The notes under the pieces: model-generated
The model's database searches: none
Seen by the model: only the letters and a program-made list of their open reading frames with translations
What the model was told of the DNA's origin: nothing
Made by a program: the position numbers and the translations under genes
Shown: positions 25,685-32,578 of the stretch, one piece after another
Numbering within the stretch: the first letter of the stretch is position 1
How the letters are laid out: each line of letters starts with the position of its first letter
IMG/VR virus record: IMGVR_UViG_3300020043_001373
Location: 1-32,578 of that record
Source: a virus
Lineage: Duplodnaviria; Caudoviricetes
Strand: one strand, 5' to 3'
Length of the DNA stretch: 32,578 bases

Positions 25685-25887
25685 TGATGCAGATAAATAA
25701 ACAAAATCACAAAGGTTCCTTTGCTTTAGGTGTGAGGTATACTAAAGTAATTAATTACAGAGACCATTTAAAAAAATATAGAAGCACACTGCACGCAGTT
25801 CAGTTAATGTGCGGTCCATTTTTGCTATCACTCGAATGGCAAACAACCAATGCACTAGAAAAGAAGTTAAGGAAAGCAAATGATTAG
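25684..25887 (+). CDS. hypothetical protein (67 aa)
   Basis: TGATG coupling; fills the gap. Confidence 0.5.
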   Translation: MMQINKQNHKGSFALGVRYTKVINYRDHLKKYRSTLHAVQLMCGPFLLSLEWQTTNALEKKLRKAND

Positions 25888-26077
25888 AGAAGAAGAAGAC
25901 GATATGACGCAAGAGATGCGTGCTTATATCTTGCTTGAAGTTAAGCGAGAGACAGTAGCATTAATTGAAAAGATTGAAGCAGCCAAGGTGCCAGTCACAG
26001 ATGAGTGGACTGATGGACTCAACGCTGGCTTAGCGTGGGCTGTTCGTATCCTGAATAAGGACAAGAGCGCATCTTAG
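25880..26077 (+). CDS. hypothetical protein (65 aa)
   Basis: SD AAGGA; DGLNAGLAWAVRIL helix. Confidence 0.7.
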   Translation: MIREEEDDMTQEMRAYILLEVKRETVALIEKIEAAKVPVTDEWTDGLNAGLAWAVRILNKDKSAS

Positions 26078-26584
26078 ATGGTTGATATATACCTGACTCA
26101 AGAAGAGATTGATTCTTCTCTTGCATTCGTTGACGCTATGCGTAAGGATAAGCAAGAGTACAACGTAATAGACAGAAAGTTTGATGCGAAGAATACTTCT
26201 TGGGCTGTCAATCTAATGGGTCATCTGGGCGAGAAGGCAGTAGCCAAAGTCTATGATGTATCAGTAGATGACAGAGTGCTTACTGGTGGGGATGAAGGTC
26301 ACGACCTAGTTATCAACGGTAAGACTGTTCAGGTTAAGACAACTGTGACTAAGCAGTTAATCTTTAATAGCAAGGAACTCTTCTCTGCTGACTATGCAAT
26401 CCTTGTAACTCTTATTGGTGACAGAACACAGCCACACATCAACTCACACTTCGTAGTGTGGGGCGATATCTCACGAGAGAAGTTCTTAAGTGTATGCTTC
26501 GAGAAAGACTTTGGATATGGGGTTAGGTACGTATGCAACTTAGAAGATTTAGGACAGGAATTAAATGCCGTCTCAGTCGCGTAA
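26078..26584 (+). CDS. PD-(D/E)XK-like nuclease-fold protein (168 aa)
   Basis: GHLGEKAV, GGDEGHDL, TVQVKT motifs. Confidence 0.6.
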   Translation: MVDIYLTQEEIDSSLAFVDAMRKDKQEYNVIDRKFDAKNTSWAVNLMGHLGEKAVAKVYDVSVDDRVLTGGDEGHDLVINGKTVQVKTTVTKQLIFNSKELFSADYAILVTLIGDRTQPHINSHFVVWGDISREKFLSVCFEKDFGYGVRYVCNLEDLGQELNAVSVA

Positions 26585-26912
26585 GCATCGGGGATATCGT
26601 AGTCAAAAAGTACTGGCTAATTATCTGGTTGACAATGGCTTCCCTTTTGCTGAGAGTACTGGGGCTGGTCGCAGTGGGACTGATGTTACTGGGACTGTGG
26701 GTATTGATTGGGAAGTAAAGGCACGCACAGGGTTTAATCCTAGTGCTGCTATTGAACAATTAAAAGATAGAGCAAATGACAAAGACCTAGGCATAGTTGT
26801 GCTACGCTTGAATGGTCAGGGCGAAAAGAGTGTGTCCGATTGGGTATGCTTACTAAGACTGGAGGATGCGGTGAAACTATTAAGAGATGCAGGATATGGT
26901 GATAAGAATTGA
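26565..26912 (+). CDS. Holliday junction resolvase, Hjc-like (115 aa)
   Basis: SRKHRG...LANYL..NGF, GTDV, WEVKAR. Confidence 0.75.
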   Translation: MPSQSRKHRGYRSQKVLANYLVDNGFPFAESTGAGRSGTDVTGTVGIDWEVKARTGFNPSAAIEQLKDRANDKDLGIVVLRLNGQGEKSVSDWVCLLRLEDAVKLLRDAGYGDKN

Positions 26913-27276
26913 CAGCGACCTTCCGCCAATCGCGGACATACTTAGACACTACGGTGCGAATCTTAGACAAACACACGGGCAAGTTAATCTCAAGTGTCCG
27001 TTTCATTCAGACACGCACCAATCAGGAAGTGCAAACCTTGATAAGAACATCTTCATTTGTTTCGCCTGTGGTGTCCAAGGAAACAGCATTCAAATTATTG
27101 TCAGACAAGAGGGGATGAGTTTCAATGAAGCAAAGCATTTTGCAGAAGGAATTACTGGGGAAAGCAGCAGCAGGGTACGCGGAAAACATTTATCAGGCGG
27201 AAGATTACCTAAGAAGCAGAGGTATTCCTCTGGAGGTAGCACGTCTGGCGTCATTAGGCGTAGTCGCGGAGCCTGA
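26896..27276 (+). CDS. DNA primase CHC2 zinc-binding domain (stand-alone ORF)
   Basis: CPFHSD...S...FICFACG..GN.I; start uncertain (26887, 26896 or 26899). Confidence 0.8.
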   Translation: MVIRIDSDLPPIADILRHYGANLRQTHGQVNLKCPFHSDTHQSGSANLDKNIFICFACGVQGNSIQIIVRQEGMSFNEAKHFAEGITGESSSRVRGKHLSGGRLPKKQRYSSGGSTSGVIRRSRGA

Positions 27277-27751
27277 GACAGGGCACGAAGCCTTCAAGGG
27301 TAGGTTGTCTATCCCTTACATTACTAAGACTGGCGTAGTTGATTTAAGATTTAGAAGTTTAAACCCTGCAGTTGAACCAAAGTATATGGGTATGACTGGG
27401 GCTGAAACTAAGATGTACAATGTACTAGATGTGGAGAGAGCCAGTGACTTTATTGGAGTTTGTGAAGGCGAGTTGGATACCCTTACTCTTTCTGCTTGCG
27501 TTGGGATTCCTTGTGTTGGAGTACCAGGTGCGAACAGTTGGAAGAAGCACTACACACGATTGCTCGCAGACTTTGAACGAGTCTTTGTCTTTGCTGATGG
27601 CGACCAGCCAGGAACAGAGTTCGCCCGTTCGCTTGCCAGAGAACTGCCAGTTACTATCATTCAACTCCCAGACGGACACGATGTTAATTCGATGTTCGTG
27701 CAAGAAGGGGTTGACTACTTCAATCAAAAGATGGGTGTAAATGAACATTGA
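27125..27751 (+). CDS. DNA primase catalytic TOPRIM part (208 aa)
   Basis: YLRSRGI, GRLSIPY, PKY, VCEGELD, FADGDQPG, DVN. Confidence 0.9.
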   Translation: MKQSILQKELLGKAAAGYAENIYQAEDYLRSRGIPLEVARLASLGVVAEPETGHEAFKGRLSIPYITKTGVVDLRFRSLNPAVEPKYMGMTGAETKMYNVLDVERASDFIGVCEGELDTLTLSACVGIPCVGVPGANSWKKHYTRLLADFERVFVFADGDQPGTEFARSLARELPVTIIQLPDGHDVNSMFVQEGVDYFNQKMGVNEH

Positions 27752-28112
27752 GGATACTCCTCCCCATAATCATTGCAATGACTGCAACATAACCTTTCCC
27801 GATTCGTTTGCCTTGATAGACCATATGCTGGAAGATGATGAAGAGTTCGACCCGTACTACTTGTTGCCCTCTGGGTTCAAACTTATGTTAGGGTCAATGC
27901 TTAGATTCTTATTCGAGAATGCAGAGGACGCAGACCAAGTTAAATTGATAACTCAGTCTACTTATGTTACACTATTTGCTAGTGAGAATGGTTACGACCT
28001 AGTAGATGAGTTAGTTGAGGATATGATTGTGAAGTCTGCACTTCAAGACTTTGACCGAGACTTACAAAATTTACTAGCGGAGGAACCAGATGACAACGAA
28101 AGCGGAGCGTGA
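27741..28112 (+). CDS. acidic protein with N-terminal C2H2-like finger (123 aa)
   Basis: CNDCNITF.....LIDH. Confidence 0.65.
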   Translation: MNIEDTPPHNHCNDCNITFPDSFALIDHMLEDDEEFDPYYLLPSGFKLMLGSMLRFLFENAEDADQVKLITQSTYVTLFASENGYDLVDELVEDMIVKSALQDFDRDLQNLLAEEPDDNESGA

Positions 28113-28242
28113 AGAGATATGGCAGATTATTCAGTATCTAACAAACTTGGGTTTAAACGTAGTAAAGACGGAGACTCAGGGAACTTCATTGATGGTTTCG
28201 TTAGCCATTCCGCTGTTGCACGCGAACTCCACCTCGAAGTAA
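28090..28242 (+). CDS. overlapping microprotein (50 aa; MTTKAEREEIWQIIQYLTNLGLNVVKTETQGTSLMVSLAIPLLHANSTSK)
   Basis: Hand translation; strong SD GGAGGA; amphipathic helix plus beta pattern; overlaps the next ORF by 124 nt. Confidence 0.5.
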   Translation: MTTKAEREEIWQIIQYLTNLGLNVVKTETQGTSLMVSLAIPLLHANSTSK

Positions 28243-28502
28243 ACCTTGCCAATATAAGCAAAGAATTATCTGAACTGCTTATATCTAAGCACAAAGATTA
28301 TGGTCCGAAGAATATCTCACAAGCACCAGGCGGTGCAATCAATGGTTTGCGTGTGCGTATGCACGACAAACTTGCACGCATTAACAATTTGATTGACAGT
28401 GGCGCAAGCCCTGAGCACGAATCCTTAGAAGACTCCTTCAAGGATATGGCTAACTATGCAATCATTGGACTGCTAGTTCTAAGAGGTAAGTGGGACGAAT
28501 GA
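28119..28502 (+). CDS. nucleotide-modification-associated domain 1 (Nmad1/DUF1599-like) protein
   Basis: KHKDYG..NI, RMHDKLARI, ESLEDSFKDMANYAII; N-terminal ~35 aa look poorly structured, so the start is uncertain. Confidence 0.75.
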   Translation: MADYSVSNKLGFKRSKDGDSGNFIDGFVSHSAVARELHLEVNLANISKELSELLISKHKDYGPKNISQAPGGAINGLRVRMHDKLARINNLIDSGASPEHESLEDSFKDMANYAIIGLLVLRGKWDE

Positions 28503-28885
28503 AAGAACAGGAGTTGTTCGACTGGCTCAAAGAAGAACATTTCCCAGACTTAGTACACTCCCCAGAACTCTTTGATGGTTTCGATTGCATCACAGATATG
28601 TATAAGATGTTCATTGAACTTAAATCACGCAACACGCATTACGATACGTTGTTGCTTGAGAAAAAGAAATATGACTTCCTTATCACTAAGTCTGCTGAAC
28701 TTGAGTTAACACCTTATTACATTAACTATACACCTGAGGGTGTGTGGTCTTTTCGTCTTGACCTGATGAATGATTTAGTCTGGGAAGATAAGTGGTTGCC
28801 AGTTACAACTGAGTTTGCTAACAAGAATAAGATGATGAAGCCTGTCACATTCCTTAAGATAGTGGATGGGACAAAGATTAAATGA
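28499..28885 (+). CDS. PD-(D/E)XK-like nuclease-fold protein (128 aa)
   Basis: Start ATG 28499 (ATGA overlap); FDC...IELKSR...LLEKKKY. Confidence 0.6.
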   Translation: MKEQELFDWLKEEHFPDLVHSPELFDGFDCITDMYKMFIELKSRNTHYDTLLLEKKKYDFLITKSAELELTPYYINYTPEGVWSFRLDLMNDLVWEDKWLPVTTEFANKNKMMKPVTFLKIVDGTKIK

Positions 28886-29568
28886 TTGAATGGGAAAGAA
28901 TAAAGCGGTGGGATTATGTAGTAGATGCTGTCGCCTCTGAATACTCTCGTAAGTTTTCAATCATTGACATCGAAGACATCAGACAATCTTTGTATCAGTG
29001 GTTTGTAGAGCACCCAAATAAACTGGATGCTTGGGAAGAGATAGGTGACAAGGATGCAAAGAACCTTATCTATCGTAGCCTACGCAATCAAGCCTTAGAT
29101 TATTGCAACCATTGGAAAGCAAAGTCTGGTGGCTATGAGACTAGCGATTTATTCTTTTATGAAGCAGATATGGTTGAGGCTTTGTTGCCTCCTGTATTGC
29201 GTGGAGAGTGGGGCGTAACCCACAAATTAAATCTTGGTAGAACTGGTCGTCCATCTGCACCTAACGAGGGTGGCAATATGATGGCTATGATGATTGAAGT
29301 TGACTATGCATTCTGGAAACTGCCAAAGGATGACAGGAAAGTATTATTCCTGCGCTATGCAGAGTCAATGGAGTTCGGTGACATTGCAAAAGAATTAGAT
29401 ATGGGCACAGAAGATGCAGTTCGTATGCGTCACAAGCGTGCCATTCGTAAACTCATTAACAAGATTGGTGGGTTCAAACCATTCCGCGATTACGACGACG
29501 CACCTCAGGAAGACTCAGGCGTTGACTCTGCTGGGTCTACCCAGAGTGACTCACCATATGAGTCGTAA
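28882..29568 (+). CDS. phage sigma-70 family RNA polymerase sigma factor (228 aa)
   Basis: Region 2-like (IEDIRQ...LRNQALDY) and region 4 HTH (LPKDDRKVLFLRY..MEFGDIAKELD..EDAVRMRHKRAIRKL). Confidence 0.85.
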   Translation: MIEWERIKRWDYVVDAVASEYSRKFSIIDIEDIRQSLYQWFVEHPNKLDAWEEIGDKDAKNLIYRSLRNQALDYCNHWKAKSGGYETSDLFFYEADMVEALLPPVLRGEWGVTHKLNLGRTGRPSAPNEGGNMMAMMIEVDYAFWKLPKDDRKVLFLRYAESMEFGDIAKELDMGTEDAVRMRHKRAIRKLINKIGGFKPFRDYDDAPQEDSGVDSAGSTQSDSPYES

Positions 29569-29660
29569 AATTCTTCTATCTCTTTACCGCTAGCAAACTG
29601 AAGTGTTTCATTGCGTGGCTCACAATTACTGCAACCACCCTTCTCACATACTGTACACAT
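29505..29660 (-). CDS. Cys-rich acidic microprotein (51 aa; MCTVCEKGGCSNC...)
   Basis: ATG 29660 behind SD AGGAGG; overlaps the sigma 3' end. Confidence 0.6.
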   Translation of the reverse strand: MCTVCEKGGCSNCEPRNETLQFASGKEIEEFYDSYGESLWVDPAESTPESS

Positions 29661-29661
29661 A

Positions 29662-29835
29662 TTATCCTCCTGTTGAATAGAACCCGCTACCATTGAAGCG
29701 GATTGCTGGTGTGTTGTAAATTCTAGTAGATGTATGACCGCAAATGCAACTGACTTCATCATCTCGTTCTTCTACATTGCGTGTTAATTCTTGGTGTGAC
29801 ATACACTTATTGCAACGATACTCATAAGTTGGCAT
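29662..29835 (-). CDS. FmdB-family zinc-ribbon protein (57 aa)
   Basis: Hand translation MPTYEYRCNKC...CICG...RIYNTPAIRFNGSGFYSTGG, the canonical signature. Confidence 0.85.
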   Translation of the reverse strand: MPTYEYRCNKCMSHQELTRNVEERDDEVSCICGHTSTRIYNTPAIRFNGSGFYSTGG

Positions 29836-29981
29836 TATTTATCCACCATTACTCCCACAACGTGGAACCCATTCTTCTTAAAGTCTTCTAACAACTGCAT
29901 AAATAATTCTTTGGGCACGTGTGCTTCTACAAATAGGTGCTTATGCCCTAAGTCTTTGATGTAAACTCTTTGGTCGTTCAT
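29835..29981 (-). CDS. microprotein (48 aa; MNDQRVYIKDLGHKHLFVEAHVPKELFMQLLEDFKKNGFHVVGVMVDK)
   Basis: Hand translation; coupled at both ends. Confidence 0.6.
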   Translation of the reverse strand: MNDQRVYIKDLGHKHLFVEAHVPKELFMQLLEDFKKNGFHVVGVMVDK

Positions 29982-30160
29982 TCATCTCTCCAGTCTATTG
30001 GTGTTGGTGCGGTGCTAATTGCCCCACACGCCTTGCATTCCTGCTTTAAATCGTACCAACCTACTTCTCTTGTCTCTTCGTCCCACATTACTGTGACCAC
30101 AAACATCTTGCACCCACAAATACAGGTTACTATGGGCTTGCCCCGTAAGTCAAGCATCAG
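29978..30160 (-). CDS. zinc-ribbon microprotein (about 60 aa)
   Basis: DLRGKP..TCICGC.MF...ECKACG...TAPTP; start approximate. Confidence 0.7.
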   Translation of the reverse strand: MMLDLRGKPIVTCICGCKMFVVTVMWDEETREVGWYDLKQECKACGAISTAPTPIDWRDE

Positions 30161-30576
30161 TACCAATTTCTGCGCTGGCTATGTGACCAAGCCTTGCAGG
30201 GTGTGTCGTAGCGGTGCTTGATATATTTATAGGCGTTGAGTATCTGTATCGCTGGGTCTTTGCTGGTTTCCTTAAGCACTTGCCCTATCCCAAATGCGCT
30301 ACTGCCTTGTTGGTTCTTGGCTAAGTGGTCGAATTTACTTTCCTTCATAAACAACGAGTAGACACATTGCCGTTCAGTTTTATTCCAGTTCCACCCTGCC
30401 TTAGCAAACTTCATAGCCATAATCTTGTTGGCTTTCTTTTGTTCCATTGTTGCCTTGGTCTGTACAACTTCTGGCTTTTTGGGTTCGATATCTAAGTGCA
30501 CTCCCACGTTATGGGTTACTGGTGTGATTAAAGCCACAGCAATTAGGGTTACTATAACTATCGTTCGGTTTCTCAT
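30157..30576 (-). CDS. membrane-anchored lytic transglycosylase, SLT-like (139 aa)
   Basis: N-terminal TM; catalytic KES, AKN..SSAFGIGQ, QI..AYKYI..RY.TPC.AW...WY (actinobacterial type). Confidence 0.8.
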   Translation of the reverse strand: MRNRTIVIVTLIAVALITPVTHNVGVHLDIEPKKPEVVQTKATMEQKKANKIMAMKFAKAGWNWNKTERQCVYSLFMKESKFDHLAKNQQGSSAFGIGQVLKETSKDPAIQILNAYKYIKHRYDTPCKAWSHSQRRNWY

Positions 30577-30926
30577 CTATCTATTCTAGCAATCTTTCGA
30601 CGAACATTCCCTCTGTGTCGTCGTTCTGCTTTAACTCGAACCTCTTTTGGGTGTTTAGTTGTGAGTAAGTACCGCTCAACTGTGAGCAACCCGCCCCAGA
30701 TACTGCCGTGTCCACCTGTGTACTCTAGGTTCTCAGTTTCTAACCCTTGCTCTAAACATTTAAGCCTAACTGGGCAAGCGTTGCATAACTCTATTGCCTG
30801 CACACTTCGTAAGACTTCTAGTTGTTGCTCATCTGCCAACCTTGGGTTGTCGTAGTGCCATAAGTCTGGGTCTGGGTGGTTGTTGCAGTTACCTTTTGCG
30901 TGCCAACTTCTGTCTGGTAGCGTCAT
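30573..30926 (-). CDS. whiB: WhiB-family Fe-S transcription factor (117 aa)
   Basis: Four Cys (GNC...CNACPVRLKC), IWGG turn, basic C-terminus. Confidence 0.9.
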   Translation of the reverse strand: MTLPDRSWHAKGNCNNHPDPDLWHYDNPRLADEQQLEVLRSVQAIELCNACPVRLKCLEQGLETENLEYTGGHGSIWGGLLTVERYLLTTKHPKEVRVKAERRHRGNVRRKIARIDR

Positions 30927-31011
30927 CTCTTGTCCAATTCTGATAGTAGTATTTTATTTTCTTGTGGTATCTAATCAATAATAAAATTACAAATAGTAAG
31001 GTAATGCTCAT
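30889..31011 (-). CDS. small membrane protein (40 aa; MSITLLFVILLLIRYHKKIK...)
   Basis: Hand translation; ATGA coupling; hydrophobic N-terminus. Confidence 0.4.
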   Translation of the reverse strand: MSITLLFVILLLIRYHKKIKYYYQNWTRDDATRQKLARKR

Positions 31012-31235
31012 ACGACTATCTTTAGTTCTGCAACTGGCAATATGTTTACAACTTCACCCTCTGTTTCATCTGACCAATTAAGGTGAGCCTCTGACTGGTT
31101 CTCATAAAGCCACTCGTCTTGTTCTCTAAGGGTCATACTGCCCCAGTTCGCGGGGATTTCTGTGCCCTCTGGTAGCCAGACGTTGATTACCTTCACGCCT
31201 TTGGTTTCGTATGTAACTCTGAATTGCTTACTCAT
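31008..31235 (-). CDS. hypothetical early protein (75 aa)
   Basis: Start reassigned to ATG 31235 (SD GAGGT). Confidence 0.7.
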   Translation of the reverse strand: MSKQFRVTYETKGVKVINVWLPEGTEIPANWGSMTLREQDEWLYENQSEAHLNWSDETEGEVVNILPVAELKIVV

Positions 31236-31338
31236 CTTTGACCTCAATCCAAACAAACCCGTCTTGGTGTCGTGTAATTTGTCCTAGTATTTCAAACCAT
31301 TGTTCGTCTACTTCTGCAGTAATAATTCTTTTAGTCAT
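31228..31338 (-). CDS. microprotein (36 aa; MTKRIITAEVDEQWFEILGQITRHQDGFVWIEVKDE)
   Basis: Hand translation; SD CGGGGA; fills the gap. Confidence 0.6.
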   Translation of the reverse strand: MTKRIITAEVDEQWFEILGQITRHQDGFVWIEVKDE

Positions 31339-31474
31339 TTGTTTCCCCGTTCTCGCAAGACTCGCACGTCTTGGAATTGTAGGTGTTGTAATCGAACTCG
31401 TTGTCACACTGGCTACACATAATCCACTCTGAGTCGTCGTAAAATACTGGGTCGTTTAGTTGTGGCTCGCTCAT
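31331..31474 (-). CDS. CxxC...CxxC zinc-finger microprotein (47 aa)
   Basis: Hand translation MSEPQLNDPVFYDDSEWIMCSQCDNEFDYNTYNSKTCESCENGETND; SD GGAGG. Confidence 0.65.
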   Translation of the reverse strand: MSEPQLNDPVFYDDSEWIMCSQCDNEFDYNTYNSKTCESCENGETND

Positions 31475-31737
31475 AGATAAGAAGCCTCCATCATTTCATC
31501 TGACAGTTCATCAAGGGTATAAGCAAGGCTCTCGCCGATTTCATTTGTCCAATTAGTAGCCCACTCAGGTTCAGGCACAGACCTATAGCCACCAGTAATC
31601 TCTGTAAAAGATAGGTCGTAGCCGTCGTGAGTATCCCAATGTAAATCAACGAAGTATTCTTGTCCTTCATAGATAAAACTTATTCGCTTGTCGTATGCGG
31701 TTTCGGTTTTGCCTGCTGATAGTAGTTCAATGCTCAT
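31471..31737 (-). CDS. acidic hypothetical early protein (88 aa)
   Basis: SD AAGGAGG; ATGA coupling. Confidence 0.75.
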   Translation of the reverse strand: MSIELLSAGKTETAYDKRISFIYEGQEYFVDLHWDTHDGYDLSFTEITGGYRSVPEPEWATNWTNEIGESLAYTLDELSDEMMEASYL

Positions 31738-31865
31738 TTTTCTTCCTCCTTTGGTTCTGCGTCTGTCTCTCCGTCTTTAATGCACTCGCCACAGACGTAC
31801 CATTTGCCGTTGTCGTCTAGCCAAATAAAATCTGCCACACCTTCACAGAACTTACACTCATTCAT
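31734..31865 (-). CDS. CxxC...CxxC zinc-finger microprotein (43 aa)
   Basis: Hand translation MNECKFCEGVADFIWLDDNGKWYVCGECIKDGETDAEPKEEEK; SD GGGGGA. Confidence 0.65.
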   Translation of the reverse strand: MNECKFCEGVADFIWLDDNGKWYVCGECIKDGETDAEPKEEEK

Positions 31866-31962
31866 CTTCGTCCCCCTCTGTCATCAAGCCTAACTCTCTG
31901 AGTGCTTGCATTGCTTCGTTCAAACTATCTATTGCGCTTTTAATCTGTTGTTCTGTACTCAT
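31858..31962 (-). CDS. helical microprotein (34 aa; MSTEQQIKSAIDSLNEAMQALRELGLMTEGDEDE)
   Basis: Hand translation; RBS AGACAGGAGA. Confidence 0.6.
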   Translation of the reverse strand: MSTEQQIKSAIDSLNEAMQALRELGLMTEGDEDE

Positions 31963-31963
31963 T

Positions 31964-32104
31964 TTATTCTCCTGTCTTTGGGCAATCTGAATAGGGATAT
32001 TCGTGTGGCTCTGTGTCTTCACACATACACCACCCAAACTTATACACTTGCGTTTCGTGTGTCAACTCTGCTAACTCGCTCCAACTAATTGAGTCTTGCA
32101 TCAT
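31964..32104 (-). CDS. Cys/His microprotein (46 aa; ...ELAELTHETQVYKFGWCMCED...YPYSDCPK)
   Basis: Hand translation; very strong SD AAGGAGGTGAGG. Confidence 0.65.
   Translation of the reverse strand: MMQDSISWSELAELTHETQVYKFGWCMCEDTEPHEYPYSDCPKTGE
32037..32065 (-). promoter_or_regulatory. consensus-like sigmaA promoter (TTGACA-17-TAAGTT), internal to an ORF
   Basis: -35 at 32065-32060, -10 at 32042-32037. It lies within the 46-aa ORF, so it may be coincidental. Confidence 0.4.
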
Positions 32105-32169
32105 TTCCTCACCTCCTTGTAGTGGTGGCATTCATTGATAGGTCGTAAGCAATCTCCACAAATTAGCAT
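32101..32169 (-). CDS. 22-aa CxxC...CxH micropeptide (MLICGDCLRPINECHHYKEVRK)
   Basis: Hand translation; coupled at both ends; SD GGGGTGAG. Confidence 0.5.
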   Translation of the reverse strand: MLICGDCLRPINECHHYKEVRK

Positions 32170-32333
32170 CACTCACCCCTGTATTTAATTATAGTTTGAA
32201 TTGTTAGGCAGATTTTGCACTCGCAAGGCTCACCGCCCATATTCCATTCAAACTCTAAGTGTGAATAGTTGTCCTCGTAAATTTCATTTATGAGTTGCTC
32301 GACTGTGTAGGGCTTGGTTTCTGTGGCGTTCAT
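32169..32333 (-). CDS. microprotein with H...CxCxxC (54 aa)
   Basis: Hand translation MNATETKPYTVEQLINEIYEDNYSHLEFEWNMGGEPCECKICLTIQTIIKYRGE. Confidence 0.65.
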   Translation of the reverse strand: MNATETKPYTVEQLINEIYEDNYSHLEFEWNMGGEPCECKICLTIQTIIKYRGE

Positions 32334-32578
32334 TCGTTGCCCTCTAACTCTTCCTCTAGTTCTGCAAGTGCTTCATTGAAGATGTCGGTATAGTAGAGAT
32401 ACAAATCAAGGCTCATTAAATTGTAGATATTAATCTCCCCGCCCTGTCCTAATTCCGCGTGCCCTCTGTCGTTGTACTCGCTCGGCATTGCTTGCCACTC
32501 TTCTACAATTTCGTTGTAATAAACAGGGAGGTAGCCGTCTACCCACTCGCCCGAATTTTCTCGGATTTCATCAAGTTC
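32330..32578 (-). CDS. Ocr-like acidic DNA-mimic protein (5'-truncated by window)
   Basis: Hand translation ELDEIRENSGEWVDGYLPVYYNEIVEEW...EALAELEEELEGNE; 22 D/E versus 2 R in 82 aa; D..(L/V)P.YY..I resembles T7 Ocr DNAVPHYYADI. Confidence 0.6.
   Translation of the reverse strand, partial: ELDEIRENSGEWVDGYLPVYYNEIVEEWQAMPSEYNDRGHAELGQGGEINIYNLMSLDLYLYYTDIFNEALAELEEELEGNE

Noticed and set aside
1-32578. tRNA, rRNA, integrase, transposase or intron/intein
   Set aside because: Intergenic gaps are few and short, none folds as a cloverleaf, and no such protein motifs were recognised.

Overview
This window is about 32.6 kb of a dsDNA tailed-phage genome. The inferred morphology is podovirus-like: three large internal/ejection proteins, an adaptor, a nozzle, and no tape measure protein seen. 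The host is inferred to be an actinobacterium, from a WhiB gene, an actinobacterial-type transglycosylase and an M15-type endolysin. The moderate GC fits low-GC freshwater lineages. The + strand (1-23061) carries internal virion proteins, scaffold, major capsid protein, a cluster of small basic proteins, adaptor, a repeat-rich tail fibre with S74 chaperone, two GT-A glycosyltransferases, nozzle and a five-gene lysis module. A 310-bp control region follows (terminator, promoter, AT-rich origin-like tract, anti-SD hairpin). Next is a + strand replication/recombination module: split Cas4/RecB-like exonuclease, DnaB-like helicase, resolvase, split primase, Nmad1-like protein and sigma factor, with no DNA polymerase visible. 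It converges on a - strand early region (Ocr-like acidic protein, many Cys-rich microproteins, WhiB, transglycosylase, FmdB-like protein). The most striking unexplained signal is RNA-level: hairpins whose loops are complementary to repeated ribosome-binding-site motifs elsewhere in the genome, and a pseudoknotted leader that buries the scaffold start codon. Product calls come from motif recognition only; no database search was run. Several small ORFs absent from the supplied track were translated by hand.
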